From the NCBI GenBank assembly GCA_022820825.1, contig JAJEEU010000034.1, positions 5,030 through 69,029 on the forward strand: a stretch of 64,000 nt of DNA, read 5' to 3'. The DNA is from Vicinamibacteria bacterium (lineage in GTDB: Bacteria > Acidobacteriota > Vicinamibacteria > Vicinamibacterales > UBA8438). Numbering within the stretch: position 1 is the stretch's first letter; the number at the start of each line of letters is the position of its first letter. Below the pieces are notes generated by a model. It did not search any database. It was given only the letters and a program-made list of their open reading frames with translations, and was not told where the DNA came from. This document shows positions 50,732 to 58,931 of this stretch, piece after piece. The translations under genes and the position numbers were made by a program.

Positions 50732-51379
50732 CTAACCGGTTACCGCGCGCGGCTCCAGCCCTGCGCCGAGACCGTCGCCTCCCTGGACCAGCAGCCGCCG
50801 GTACAGGTCCAGGTTGTACACGCCGAACCATGCAAAGAACACCAGGCCGCTGATGCCGGTCGTCGGGTCGGTGAGCGAGAACGATTCGTTCAGCAGCCGA
50901 TACACGCCGACGGCGTATCCGGCCAGAAGACCGGCCTGCACGAACGCCCCGAGCGCATAGTCGAGCGACTTGCGCCGGTTGCGGGCGATCAGCCACAGGT
51001 AGGCAAGCGCCACGGCGGTAATGTAGAAGTGCAGCGGCCCGACGTAAGCCTCGAACCAGACGCGGCCGGTGTAGTCCAGCTCTTCGACGATCAGCGTCTT
51101 GAAGGCGACGGCCAGGGAGTTGGCCGCCAGGAAGCAGAGGGCGTAACAGACGCCCAGCCAGACCACCCGCGACAGGCGCGACCTGCGCAGCATGCGGTTG
51201 CGGTCGAACGTACCGTAGAGCCGCCAGAACAGAACGACCGAGGCGGCCGTCATCAGCGGTATGTAGACGTACGCCTCGAAGAACCCCAGCCCGCGGAGCC
51301 AGAGCAGTAGCGGGGCCAGCGCCGCGCCCAATCCGTTGGCGTAGGTGACAGGCTCGCTCAGGCTGTCCGCGAACGACAC
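50732..51379 (-). CDS. integral membrane protein, unknown family (about 6 hydrophobic segments)
   Basis: GTG start at 51379 is preceded by GGGGAGGGAG. Hydrophobic stretches include LGAALAPLLLWLRGLGFF, IPLMTAASVVLFW, VVWLGVCYALCFLAANSLAV, FYITAVALAYLWLIA, GAFVQAGLLAGYAVGVY and GLVFFAWFGVY. Confidence 0.6.
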   Translation of the reverse strand: MSFADSLSEPVTYANGLGAALAPLLLWLRGLGFFEAYVYIPLMTAASVVLFWRLYGTFDRNRMLRRSRLSRVVWLGVCYALCFLAANSLAVAFKTLIVEELDYTGRVWFEAYVGPLHFYITAVALAYLWLIARNRRKSLDYALGAFVQAGLLAGYAVGVYRLLNESFSLTDPTTGISGLVFFAWFGVYNLDLYRRLLVQGGDGLGAGLEPRAVTG

Positions 51380-51405
51380 GCTGCTCCCTCCCCCGGCCGT
51401 CGGGA

Positions 51406-52665
51406 TTACTGCGCCTGCTCCTCCACCGGCTCGATACGCAGAAGCGCGCCGTCGTCCTCGTCGGTCAGGGCGTAGATCAGGCCGTCCGGCCCCTGCTTCA
51501 CCTCGCGGATCCGCTGCTTCAGCTCGCGCAGCAGCGACTGCTGCCGGACCAGCAGGCCGCGGTCGTTGAAGATGAGCCGCTGGATCTCGGCGCCGCGCAG
51601 AGCACCGACGAACAGGTCGCCCCGCCAGTTGGGGAACTTGTCGCCCGTGTAGAAAAACATGCCGGCCGGCGAGATCGAGGGATTCCAGAAAAAGATCGGG
51701 TCCTCGATCCCCTCGGCCTGCCGCGCGGTCTGCTGCGGCCCGGAATGCGTCCCGGTCAACTCTCCCGAGTAGGCCCGGCCATAGGAGACGACGGGCCAGC
51801 CGTAGTTCGCGCCGGCGCGGATGATGTTGACCTCGTCGCCGCCCTGCGGCCCGTTCTCGGTCTCCCACAGCTCGCCGGTCTCGGGGTGGAACGCGAGGCT
51901 GTTCGCATTGCGAATGCCCAGGGCATAGATCTCCGGACGGTGGCCCGGCGTGTCGACGAACGGATTGTCGTCGGGCACGCTGCCGTCGTCGTTGAGCCGC
52001 AGCATCTTGCCGGCGTGGTTGGACGGATCCTGCGCGTAGTCGGCCGAGCCCACCTCGTAGCGGGCGGGCTGGCCGACCACCATGAACAGCTTGCCGTCCG
52101 GGGCGAAGATGATGCGCGAGGTCTGCGCCGCGCCCATGTAGTCGGCGTCCGCCACGAACAGGTCGCGCGTCTCCACCAGCGCGCCGCGGCCGTCGAACTT
52201 GCCGCGCGCGAGGACCGTCGTGGCGGCCAGCCGGTGCCTGGGGCTGGCCCGGTGGTACGTGAAGTAGACGAACTGGTTCTCCTCGTAGCGCGGGTGGAGC
52301 GCGATGTCCATCAACCCCTTGCGGCGCGGCGTGAACACCTCCGGGATGCCGGCGAGCGGTTCGGGGTCGAGCACGCCGTCGCGCACGATGCGGAGCTGGC
52401 CGCCGTGCTCGGTGATCAGGATGTCGCCGTTCGGCAGGAAGGCGAGCGACCAGGGCCGGTTTAGCCCCTTCATGGGCACGACCCGGAACGTCTGCTCCTG
52501 CGTGTGGAATACCTGCGGCTCGGGCGACAGCGCGCCCGACAGCGGGCAGTCGGGACAGTCCGTTCGCCGCTCCGTCTCCTGCGCCCCGGCCGGCGCGAGC
52601 GGCGCAGCCAGCATGGCGAGGACGGCGACGGCGACGAATCCGCGAGGCGCGGTCAGATTCAGCAT
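51406..52665 (-). CDS. PQQ-dependent sugar dehydrogenase (soluble glucose/sorbosone dehydrogenase family), copy 1
   Basis: RBS AGGAG precedes MLNLTAPRGFVAVAVLAMLAAPLAPAGA. Motifs: LNRPWSLAFLPNGDILITEHGGQLRIV, GLMDIALHP, YALGIRNANSLAFHPETGELWETENGPQGGDEVNII..GANYGWP. Confidence 0.85.
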   Translation of the reverse strand: MLNLTAPRGFVAVAVLAMLAAPLAPAGAQETERRTDCPDCPLSGALSPEPQVFHTQEQTFRVVPMKGLNRPWSLAFLPNGDILITEHGGQLRIVRDGVLDPEPLAGIPEVFTPRRKGLMDIALHPRYEENQFVYFTYHRASPRHRLAATTVLARGKFDGRGALVETRDLFVADADYMGAAQTSRIIFAPDGKLFMVVGQPARYEVGSADYAQDPSNHAGKMLRLNDDGSVPDDNPFVDTPGHRPEIYALGIRNANSLAFHPETGELWETENGPQGGDEVNIIRAGANYGWPVVSYGRAYSGELTGTHSGPQQTARQAEGIEDPIFFWNPSISPAGMFFYTGDKFPNWRGDLFVGALRGAEIQRLIFNDRGLLVRQQSLLRELKQRIREVKQGPDGLIYALTDEDDGALLRIEPVEEQAQ

Positions 52666-52785
52666 CGGAATCTCCTGTCCGTGAACACGATCTGCCATTT
52701 TATGGTAGCCCGAAACCTGGCGTTGCACCGAGACCGGTCACCCCCAAGAGGTTGCATCTGCGAGGGGACGACGCGCGTGAGCGCG

Positions 52786-52885
52786 GAGTCCCCAGCCGCG
52801 CACAGCGCGGCTCGGCAAGCGCGGCGCGGGGCAACGGGGTCCCCGCTAGCGCTGGCCGGGGGCTTGGGGCGCAGCCCCATCTAAC
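52786..52885 (-). repeat. structured GC-rich repeat, copy C
   Basis: The reverse complement reads CGTTAGATGGGGCTGCGCCCCAAGCCCCCGGCCAGCGCTAGCGGGGACCCCGTTGCCCCGCGCCGCGCTTGCCGAGCCGCGCTGTGCGCGGCTGGGGACTC. It overlaps the last ~13 codons and the stop of the CDS ending at 52846. Confidence 0.85.
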
Positions 52886-54123
52886 GAAGGCTCGATGCGC
52901 AGCAACGCGCCGTCTTCCTCGTCCGTCAAGGCGTAGATGAGCCCGTCCGGCCCCTGCTTCACGTCGCGGATGCGCTGCTTGAGCTCGCGCAGCAGCGTCT
53001 GCTGGCGCACCAGCAGGCCGCGGTCGTTGAAGATGAGCCGCTGGATCTCGCGCGAGCGCAGCGCGCCGACGAACAGGTCGCCCTTCCAGTTCGGGAAGCG
53101 GTCGCCCGTGTAGAACAACATGCCCGCCGGGGAGATCGACGGATTCCAGAAGAAGAACGGATCCTCGATCCCCTCGGCCCATACCTGCGGCCTCTGCGGC
53201 CCGGAGTCGGTGCCGGTCAGATCGCCCGAGTACGCCCGGCCGTACGACACGACCGGCCAGCCGTAGTTGCGGCCGGCGCGGATGATGTTGACCTCGTCGC
53301 CGCCCTGCGGACCGTTCTCCGTCTCCCACAACTCGCCGGTCTCGGGGTGGAACGTCAGCCCGTTCGAGTTGCGGATGCCGAGCGCGTAGATCTCCGGCCG
53401 GTGGCCCGGCGTGTCGACGAACGGATTGTCGTCGGGCACGGTCCCGTCCTCGTTGAGCCGCAGGATCTTGCCGGCGTGGTCCGCCGGGTCCTGCGCGCTC
53501 TCGGCCACGCCGACGAGGTTGCGCAGCGGCACGCCGATGACCATGTACACCTTGCCGTCCGGCCCGAACAGAACGCGCGCCGTCTGCGCCGTTCCGGAGT
53601 AGGCCGCGTCCGAGACGAACAGGTCGCGCATCTCCATGACCGCGCCGCGGCCGTCGAACTTGCCGCGCGCGAGGACCGGCGTGCCGGCCATCCGGTGCTC
53701 GGGGCTCGCCTTGTGGTAGGTGAAGTAGACGAACTGGTTCTCCTCGTAGCGGGGGTGCAGCGCGATGTCCATCAGTCCCTTGCGCCGCTGGTAGAACACC
53801 TCGGGCATGCCGTCGAGGGGCTCCGGATCGAGCACGCCGTCGCGCACGATGCGGAGCCGGCCGGCATGCTCCGTGATCAGGATGTCGCCATTCGGCAGGA
53901 ATTCAAGCGCCCAGGGCCGGACCAGGCCCCGCATCGGCACCACGCGGAACGTCTGCTCCTGGGTGTGGAACACCTGGGGCTCCCACGACATCGTTTCCGG
54001 CGGCGGGCAGTCGCCGCAGTCGGTCCGCGGCTCGGGGTCCTGGGCCGCTGCCGGCGCCGCCAGGAGGGCGACCGCCGCGAATGCAAGCGCAAGCGTTCCG
54101 TTCGGCATCTTTGCCTTCGACAT
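52846..54123 (-). CDS. PQQ-dependent sugar dehydrogenase, copy 2 (tandem paralog)
   Basis: RBS AGGAG precedes MSKAKMPNGTLALAFAAVALLAAPAAA. It is collinear with copy 1 (LVRPWALEFLPNGDILITEHAGRLRIV ... YALGIRNSNGLTFHPETGELWETENGPQGGDEVNII..GRNYGWP). The C-terminal tail ...SLDGAAPQAPGQR is encoded by repeat copy C. Confidence 0.85.
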   Translation of the reverse strand: MSKAKMPNGTLALAFAAVALLAAPAAAQDPEPRTDCGDCPPPETMSWEPQVFHTQEQTFRVVPMRGLVRPWALEFLPNGDILITEHAGRLRIVRDGVLDPEPLDGMPEVFYQRRKGLMDIALHPRYEENQFVYFTYHKASPEHRMAGTPVLARGKFDGRGAVMEMRDLFVSDAAYSGTAQTARVLFGPDGKVYMVIGVPLRNLVGVAESAQDPADHAGKILRLNEDGTVPDDNPFVDTPGHRPEIYALGIRNSNGLTFHPETGELWETENGPQGGDEVNIIRAGRNYGWPVVSYGRAYSGDLTGTDSGPQRPQVWAEGIEDPFFFWNPSISPAGMLFYTGDRFPNWKGDLFVGALRSREIQRLIFNDRGLLVRQQTLLRELKQRIRDVKQGPDGLIYALTDEEDGALLRIEPSLDGAAPQAPGQR

Positions 54124-54180
54124 CTACATCTCCTGACGACAAGACGAGGCTGCGCTACAGCATAGCGCGCATCTTGTACT

Positions 54181-54275
54181 TGGGGCTGCGCCCCAAACCC
54201 CCGGCGGCTGCTAGCGGGGACCCCGTTGCCCCGCGCCGCTGCCGCCGAGCCGCGCCGTGCGCGTCTTGGGGACAG
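54181..54275 (+). repeat. structured GC-rich repeat, copy D
   Basis: TTGGGGCTGCGCCCCAAACCCCCGGCGGCTGCTAGCGGGGACCCCGTTGCCCCGCGCCGCTGCCGCCGAGCCGCGCCGTGCGCGTCTTGGGGACAGCCATGCTGTCCCC. It lies in the divergent intergenic region between the starts at 54123 and 54372. Confidence 0.85.
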
Positions 54276-54371
54276 CCATGCTGTCCCCTGCCGCGTTCCA
54301 TCTTCCTGGCTGGAGCCGAGTCGTGAATCGCCGGGCTTGACAACGCCGGCGCGAGCACCCATCGTGTTGGA

Positions 54372-55496
54372 GTGATGACCAAGCTGCACGCAACCCTCGC
54401 CGTCGCCTTGCTGTTGCTCCTGCCGGCGTCCGCCGCCGCGCAACGCGGCGCGACCGGCCCGCCGGAGCACGCGGAAGTCGATCCGGTCAACGACGGGCGG
54501 AACCCGTACGCAACCATTCGGGACTGGGGCACGCTGCCCGACGGCCGCACCTGGGGGTCGGTGAGCGCCGTCAACGTCGACGTCGACGGCGTGCACATCT
54601 GGGCCGCGGACCGCTGCGGCGTCAACTCGTGCGCCGAGTCCGACCTCGATCCGATCGTCAAGCTCGATGCGGCGGGCAACGTCGTGACGGCCTTCGGCGG
54701 CGGGCTGATCCACTGGCCGCACGGCATGGACGTGGATCGCGAAGGCAACGTCTGGATCGCCGACGCCGTCAGCGCGGCGGACCTGGGAGAGAATCCCACG
54801 GCTTCGGGCCGGGGACATACGGTCATCAAGTTCAGCCCGGAAGGCGAGGTGCTGCTGACCCTGGGCACGGCCGGCGAGGCGGGCGACCCGCCCACGCACC
54901 TGACCCAGCCGAGCGACGTGCAGATCGGCACCGACGGCAGCATCTTCGTCGCCGAGGCCCACGGCGCGCAGTTCCTGGACGAGGACAGTGCAGCCGACGC
55001 CGGGCCGCCGCGGGTGGGGCGCATTTCGAAGTTCGCTCCCGACGGAACCTTCATCCGGAGCTGGGGCTCGTGGGGCTATGGCGACGGCCAGTTTCGGGGC
55101 CCGCACTCGTTCGCCATGGACTCGCAGGGACGGCTGTTCGTCGCCGACCGCGGGAACCGGCGGATCCAGATCTTCGACCAGGAGGGCGCGCACCTCGACA
55201 CCTGGTACCAGTTCAGCCGCAACAGCGGAATCTTCATCGACGCGAACGACGTGCTCTACGCCGTCGACTCCGAGTCCGACGACAACTACAACCCGGGGTG
55301 GATCAAGGGACTCCGCGTCGGCAGCGCCCGCACGGGCGAGGTGCGCTACTTCATCCCGGCGCACGAGTCCGAGCGGCCCTCCGGGATGGGCGGCGTCGGT
55401 GCAATCGGCGAAGGCGTGACCGCCGACGCGAACGGCAACGTCATCGTCGGCGAGGTGGGCCCCGTCCAGGGGCTCACGAAGTTCGTACCGCACTAG
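54372..55496 (+). CDS. exported NHL-repeat beta-propeller protein (peptidyl-alpha-hydroxyglycine amidating lyase-like family)
   Basis: Signal peptide MMTKLHATLAVALLLLLPASAAA. NHL-type repeats: IHWPHGMDVDREGNVWIADA, LTQPSDVQIGTDGSIFVAEA, FRGPHSFAMDSQGRLFVADRGNRRIQIFDQEG, GIFIDANDVLYAVD. Confidence 0.7.
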   Translation: MMTKLHATLAVALLLLLPASAAAQRGATGPPEHAEVDPVNDGRNPYATIRDWGTLPDGRTWGSVSAVNVDVDGVHIWAADRCGVNSCAESDLDPIVKLDAAGNVVTAFGGGLIHWPHGMDVDREGNVWIADAVSAADLGENPTASGRGHTVIKFSPEGEVLLTLGTAGEAGDPPTHLTQPSDVQIGTDGSIFVAEAHGAQFLDEDSAADAGPPRVGRISKFAPDGTFIRSWGSWGYGDGQFRGPHSFAMDSQGRLFVADRGNRRIQIFDQEGAHLDTWYQFSRNSGIFIDANDVLYAVDSESDDNYNPGWIKGLRVGSARTGEVRYFIPAHESERPSGMGGVGAIGEGVTADANGNVIVGEVGPVQGLTKFVPH

Positions 55497-55520
55497 CGCG
55501 CGCTGACAGGCCGGAGACGC

Positions 55521-56531
55521 ATGCGCGCGATGGTGCTCCGGCGGATCGTGTCGCTGGACGACGTCGACACGCCGCTGGAGCCGGTCGAACTGCCGGCGCC
55601 CGAACCGGCCCCCGGTGAAGTCCTCATCCACGTCGCGGCGTGCGGCGTCTGCCACACCGAGCTCGACGAGATCGAGGGGCGCACGCCGCCGCCACGCCTG
55701 CCGGTAGTCCCCGGGCACCAGGTGATCGGCCGCGTCGCCCGCGCGGGTCCGGGCGTCGGCAAGCTGGCGGTCGGCGACCGGGTGGGCGTCGGCTGGATCC
55801 ACGCTTCGTCGGGGGCGCCCGACGAGAACCTGAGCCCGGCGTTTCGGGCCACCGGCCGGGATGTCGACGGCGGCTACGCCGAGCTCATGACCGTGGGCGA
55901 GGACTACGCCTACCCCATCCCCGATGTGTTCACGGACGTCGAGGCGGCCCCTCTTCTCTGCGCCGGCGCCATCGGTTATCGCGCGCTCATGCTGGCCGGG
56001 CTGCAGGACGGCGAACTGCTCGGACTCACCGGCTTCGGCGGGTCGGCGCATCTCGTCCTGCAGCTTGCGCGGCACCTGTATCCACGCAGCGGGATCCACG
56101 TCTTCGCGCGCGACGCCGCGGCGCGGCGCTTCGCGGCCGAGCTGGGCGCGGACTGGACCGGCGCCACGACCGACCGCGCGCCCGAGCGTCTCCACGCGAT
56201 CATCGACACCACGCCCGCGTGGACGCCGGTCGTCGAAGCGCTGGCCAACCTCCGGCCCGGCGGCCGGCTCGTGATCAACGCGATCCGGAAGGAAGACCGC
56301 GACCGCAACGTCCTGGGCGGCCTCAGTTACGCCGAGCACCTGTGGATGGAAAGGGAGATCAAGTCGGTCGCCAACATCACGCAGCACGACATCCGCACGT
56401 TCCTGCCGCTGGCGGCCGCTGCGGGCATCCGGCCGGAGGTGGAGGTCTACCCGCTGGAGGAAGCGAACCGCGCCCTCGTCGACCTCAAGCGGCGCAGTGT
56501 CAAGGGGGCCAAGGTGCTGCGCGTGGGCTAA
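55521..56531 (+). CDS. zinc-dependent alcohol dehydrogenase (MDR superfamily)
   Basis: 336 aa. Motifs: GEVLIHVAACGVCHTELDEIEG, PVVPGHQVIGRV, and GLTGFGGSAH as the Rossmann glycine motif. Confidence 0.85.
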   Translation: MRAMVLRRIVSLDDVDTPLEPVELPAPEPAPGEVLIHVAACGVCHTELDEIEGRTPPPRLPVVPGHQVIGRVARAGPGVGKLAVGDRVGVGWIHASSGAPDENLSPAFRATGRDVDGGYAELMTVGEDYAYPIPDVFTDVEAAPLLCAGAIGYRALMLAGLQDGELLGLTGFGGSAHLVLQLARHLYPRSGIHVFARDAAARRFAAELGADWTGATTDRAPERLHAIIDTTPAWTPVVEALANLRPGGRLVINAIRKEDRDRNVLGGLSYAEHLWMEREIKSVANITQHDIRTFLPLAAAAGIRPEVEVYPLEEANRALVDLKRRSVKGAKVLRVG

Positions 56532-56567
56532 TAGCAGCCTGTGGCGAGATGAAATCGACGTGGCGGG

Positions 56568-56867
56568 CTACCTGATCTTGACGATCATCGCCGCGGCCAC
56601 CGGCTCGTCAGTCCGGGCCAGCTCGGACTCCAGGTGCTGGTATTCCTTGAACGCCACCCACTGCTCGTCGCTCCACTGCTTCCGGTGCGAGCGCGGCTGG
56701 ACGGCCAGCTCCGGGCCTTCCGTCCCCGCGTAGAAGGGGACCTCGTCCCGCGGCGACCGGCGGCGTACGCGGCGGGCGTCGATGGGGACCGCCTCGGTCA
56801 CCTCGTGCGTCGGCAGCGGGACCGACACGTACTCCACGCCGTGCTCGTCGCGGTATACGACACCCAC
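56568..56867 (-). CDS. hypothetical small protein downstream of the Rieske gene
   Basis: 99 aa with a GTG start 4 nt after the Rieske stop. GC3 is high throughout. No family recognised. Confidence 0.5.
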   Translation of the reverse strand: MGVVYRDEHGVEYVSVPLPTHEVTEAVPIDARRVRRRSPRDEVPFYAGTEGPELAVQPRSHRKQWSDEQWVAFKEYQHLESELARTDEPVAAAMIVKIR

Positions 56868-56871
56868 GCGA

Positions 56872-58011
56872 CTATTCTACGGGCATCCCCGGCGGAACCA
56901 CGTTGCCGCTCCGGGCCGCGGACGATTGGCCGCCGGCTGCCAGCTCGGGAAAGAACTGCCGGTACCAGCGCCGCAGACGCATCATCGGCCCGTCGTCCCG
57001 GCACAGCGTGGGCGGCGCCGCAAAGCCCTTGCCTTCCCAGATACGCACATCGTGGCGCCACTGGGAGACCCAGCCCCCGACCGCATACCAGACCAGAAGT
57101 CGGGGGACGCTGCGTTCCGCGAACCAGTGAAAGGCGACCTGCTGGTCGAGCGGCCCGACCGGAAGATAGGTCTGGACGATCTGCACGACGCCCACGACGG
57201 GCAACGTGATCCTCAGGTTCATGATGCTGCCGACTCCCGTGAACGTGACGCGGGTCTTCGTCCGGATACGCTCCATGCGACGGCCGAAGACGTTGAACAC
57301 GGTCTCGACGAGGAGCGGCATGCTGTAGGACTCCCGGGCGGCGTCGAAATCCAGGCGCGTCGTGTAATCGAGCGCCGCGCCGGGAATCGGGATTCGCGTC
57401 CAGGGCACGGTCAGCCGGTTGTGGAGGTACCCGAAGTGCGCGGAGTCGGCCGCATTCTCGAGAGGCTCGACTATGTGCATCCGGGCGCGGCCGGCGTCGT
57501 AGTGCCCGCGGAAGACGAAGGTCCCGTCATCGATTTCCGGGATGCGGGGGACCGGGTATGGGACCTCTTCGCCGGCCTGTTGCCGGGCTCCGCCGCCCCG
57601 GTGATACATGAAGATCTGCCCGTGCACCTCCTGTACGGGGAAGCTCTCGGTTGCGACGCCGGTGGGCACGGTGTCGCTGTAGGGCGCGCTGGCCGCCCGT
57701 CCGTCGCCCGTGAATTGCCAGGCGTGAAAGGGACACTCGATGCGATTCCCGCAGACGCGGCCGTCCGCGAGGTTTCCGCCAAGGTGAGGGCAGAACGCCG
57801 ACATCACGAATACGTCATCCGCGTCCTCGCTGCGCCAGATGACCAGCGCGCGGCCCAGACACTCGAGGTAGCGCACCTGCCCGCGCCGAAGCGATTTCGA
57901 GCTGAGCAGCCGGTACCAGCCGTCGGGATAGGGCGGGGGGTAGTTGGCCAGACGCAGATCGTCGGAGTACTGCGGCTCCCGGCGCTGCGAACGGCGAGTC
58001 AGGACACCCAT
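56872..58011 (-). CDS. Rieske [2Fe-2S] non-haem iron oxygenase (KshA / cholesterol 7-desaturase-like)
   Basis: Start re-called to MGVLTRRSQRREPQ. The Rieske motif is CPHLGGNL...CPFHAWQF. The catalytic-domain His pattern is NAADSAHFGYLH. Confidence 0.8.
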   Translation of the reverse strand: MGVLTRRSQRREPQYSDDLRLANYPPPYPDGWYRLLSSKSLRRGQVRYLECLGRALVIWRSEDADDVFVMSAFCPHLGGNLADGRVCGNRIECPFHAWQFTGDGRAASAPYSDTVPTGVATESFPVQEVHGQIFMYHRGGGARQQAGEEVPYPVPRIPEIDDGTFVFRGHYDAGRARMHIVEPLENAADSAHFGYLHNRLTVPWTRIPIPGAALDYTTRLDFDAARESYSMPLLVETVFNVFGRRMERIRTKTRVTFTGVGSIMNLRITLPVVGVVQIVQTYLPVGPLDQQVAFHWFAERSVPRLLVWYAVGGWVSQWRHDVRIWEGKGFAAPPTLCRDDGPMMRLRRWYRQFFPELAAGGQSSAARSGNVVPPGMPVE

Positions 58012-58339
58012 ACGGGCAACTCTACACCGTTGCGGAGGGATTGAGGCTGACGGCGTCCGGCTCCAGGACCGCGTCGGCCTACGTCTTACGGCGCGAAACG
58101 CGCGGCCACGGCATCCGCAATTCTCACCTAGTCCGTCCACAAGCCTGCTTGCGGGCCGCGACTACGTCATCTTCCGGCCGAAGTTTTCTGCAAGCGTGGT
58201 CGTCGCTTTCGGGCAGTGACGTTCTGCCTGTGGGCGGATTCTCTACTGAAACAGCCACGTGCACCTCATGGAGCCACCATGGGGGCCTGATGCGCGACGG
58301 CCTCTTGCAACGTGAGCACGATGGTCGTAACCTGAACGC

Positions 58340-58540
58340 ATGTCTGGCAGCAAGGAGATCGAGACGGCCGTTGCTCAGCTCTCGGCCAAAGAACTCGCCG
58401 CGTTCAGGGAGTGGTTCTTGGAATTCGATGCAGCGGAATGGGACACACAGTTCGAGCAGGATGCGTCAGCCGGCCGGCTGGACGCGCTGGCAGATGAAGC
58501 CCTTGACGACCTCCGGCAGGGACGTACTCGCGATCGGTGA
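58340..58540 (+). CDS. type II antitoxin (putative addiction-module component)
   Basis: 66 aa and acidic (AQLSAKELAAFREWFLEFDAAEWDTQFEQD). It overlaps the toxin start by 4 nt (ATGA). Confidence 0.7.
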   Translation: MSGSKEIETAVAQLSAKELAAFREWFLEFDAAEWDTQFEQDASAGRLDALADEALDDLRQGRTRDR

Positions 58541-58797
58541 AACATCGCGCGTCTCCAAGATTCTGGCGTTGCTATCGGGAGTTGCCGGAGCAAGTCCAAC
58601 GCCTCGCGGACAAGTGTTTCGATCGGCTTCGTGACAATCCGCGGCATTCCTCGTTGCACCTCAAGAAAGTCGCTCGTTTCTGGTCTGTTCGCATCGGTCG
58701 CCGCCATCGCGCTCTCGGGGTCGAAGAGGGTGACGGCATCGTGTGGTTCTGGATTGGCACGCACACGCAGTACGACCGGCTCGTCGATCGAAGTTGA
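58537..58797 (+). CDS. type II toxin, RelE/ParE superfamily
   Basis: 86 aa. FWRCYRELPEQVQRLADKCFDRLRDNPRHSSLHLKKV...WSVRIGRRHRALGVEEGDGIVWFWIGTHTQYDRL is the characteristic WFWIGTH..YD ending. Confidence 0.8.
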   Translation: MKHRASPRFWRCYRELPEQVQRLADKCFDRLRDNPRHSSLHLKKVARFWSVRIGRRHRALGVEEGDGIVWFWIGTHTQYDRLVDRS

Positions 58798-58931
58798 CCG
58801 TGGAATTGATGAGAGCCGTTCCTCAGCCGGTCCGGCCGAGATCATCCTTGGGTGTCGAAAGCTTCGCGCCAGAGCTTGGCACGCCGGCGGCCGCCGTCCT
58901 CCCGGACCGTGACGCCCCACCCTAGCGGGCT

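Noticed and set aside
58012-58339. 328-bp gap between the Rieske gene and the TA module, examined for an ncRNA, a small ORF or repeats
   Set aside because: I found no convincing hairpin-terminator, repeat or codon-biased frame by eye. It would need an Rfam/Infernal scan.
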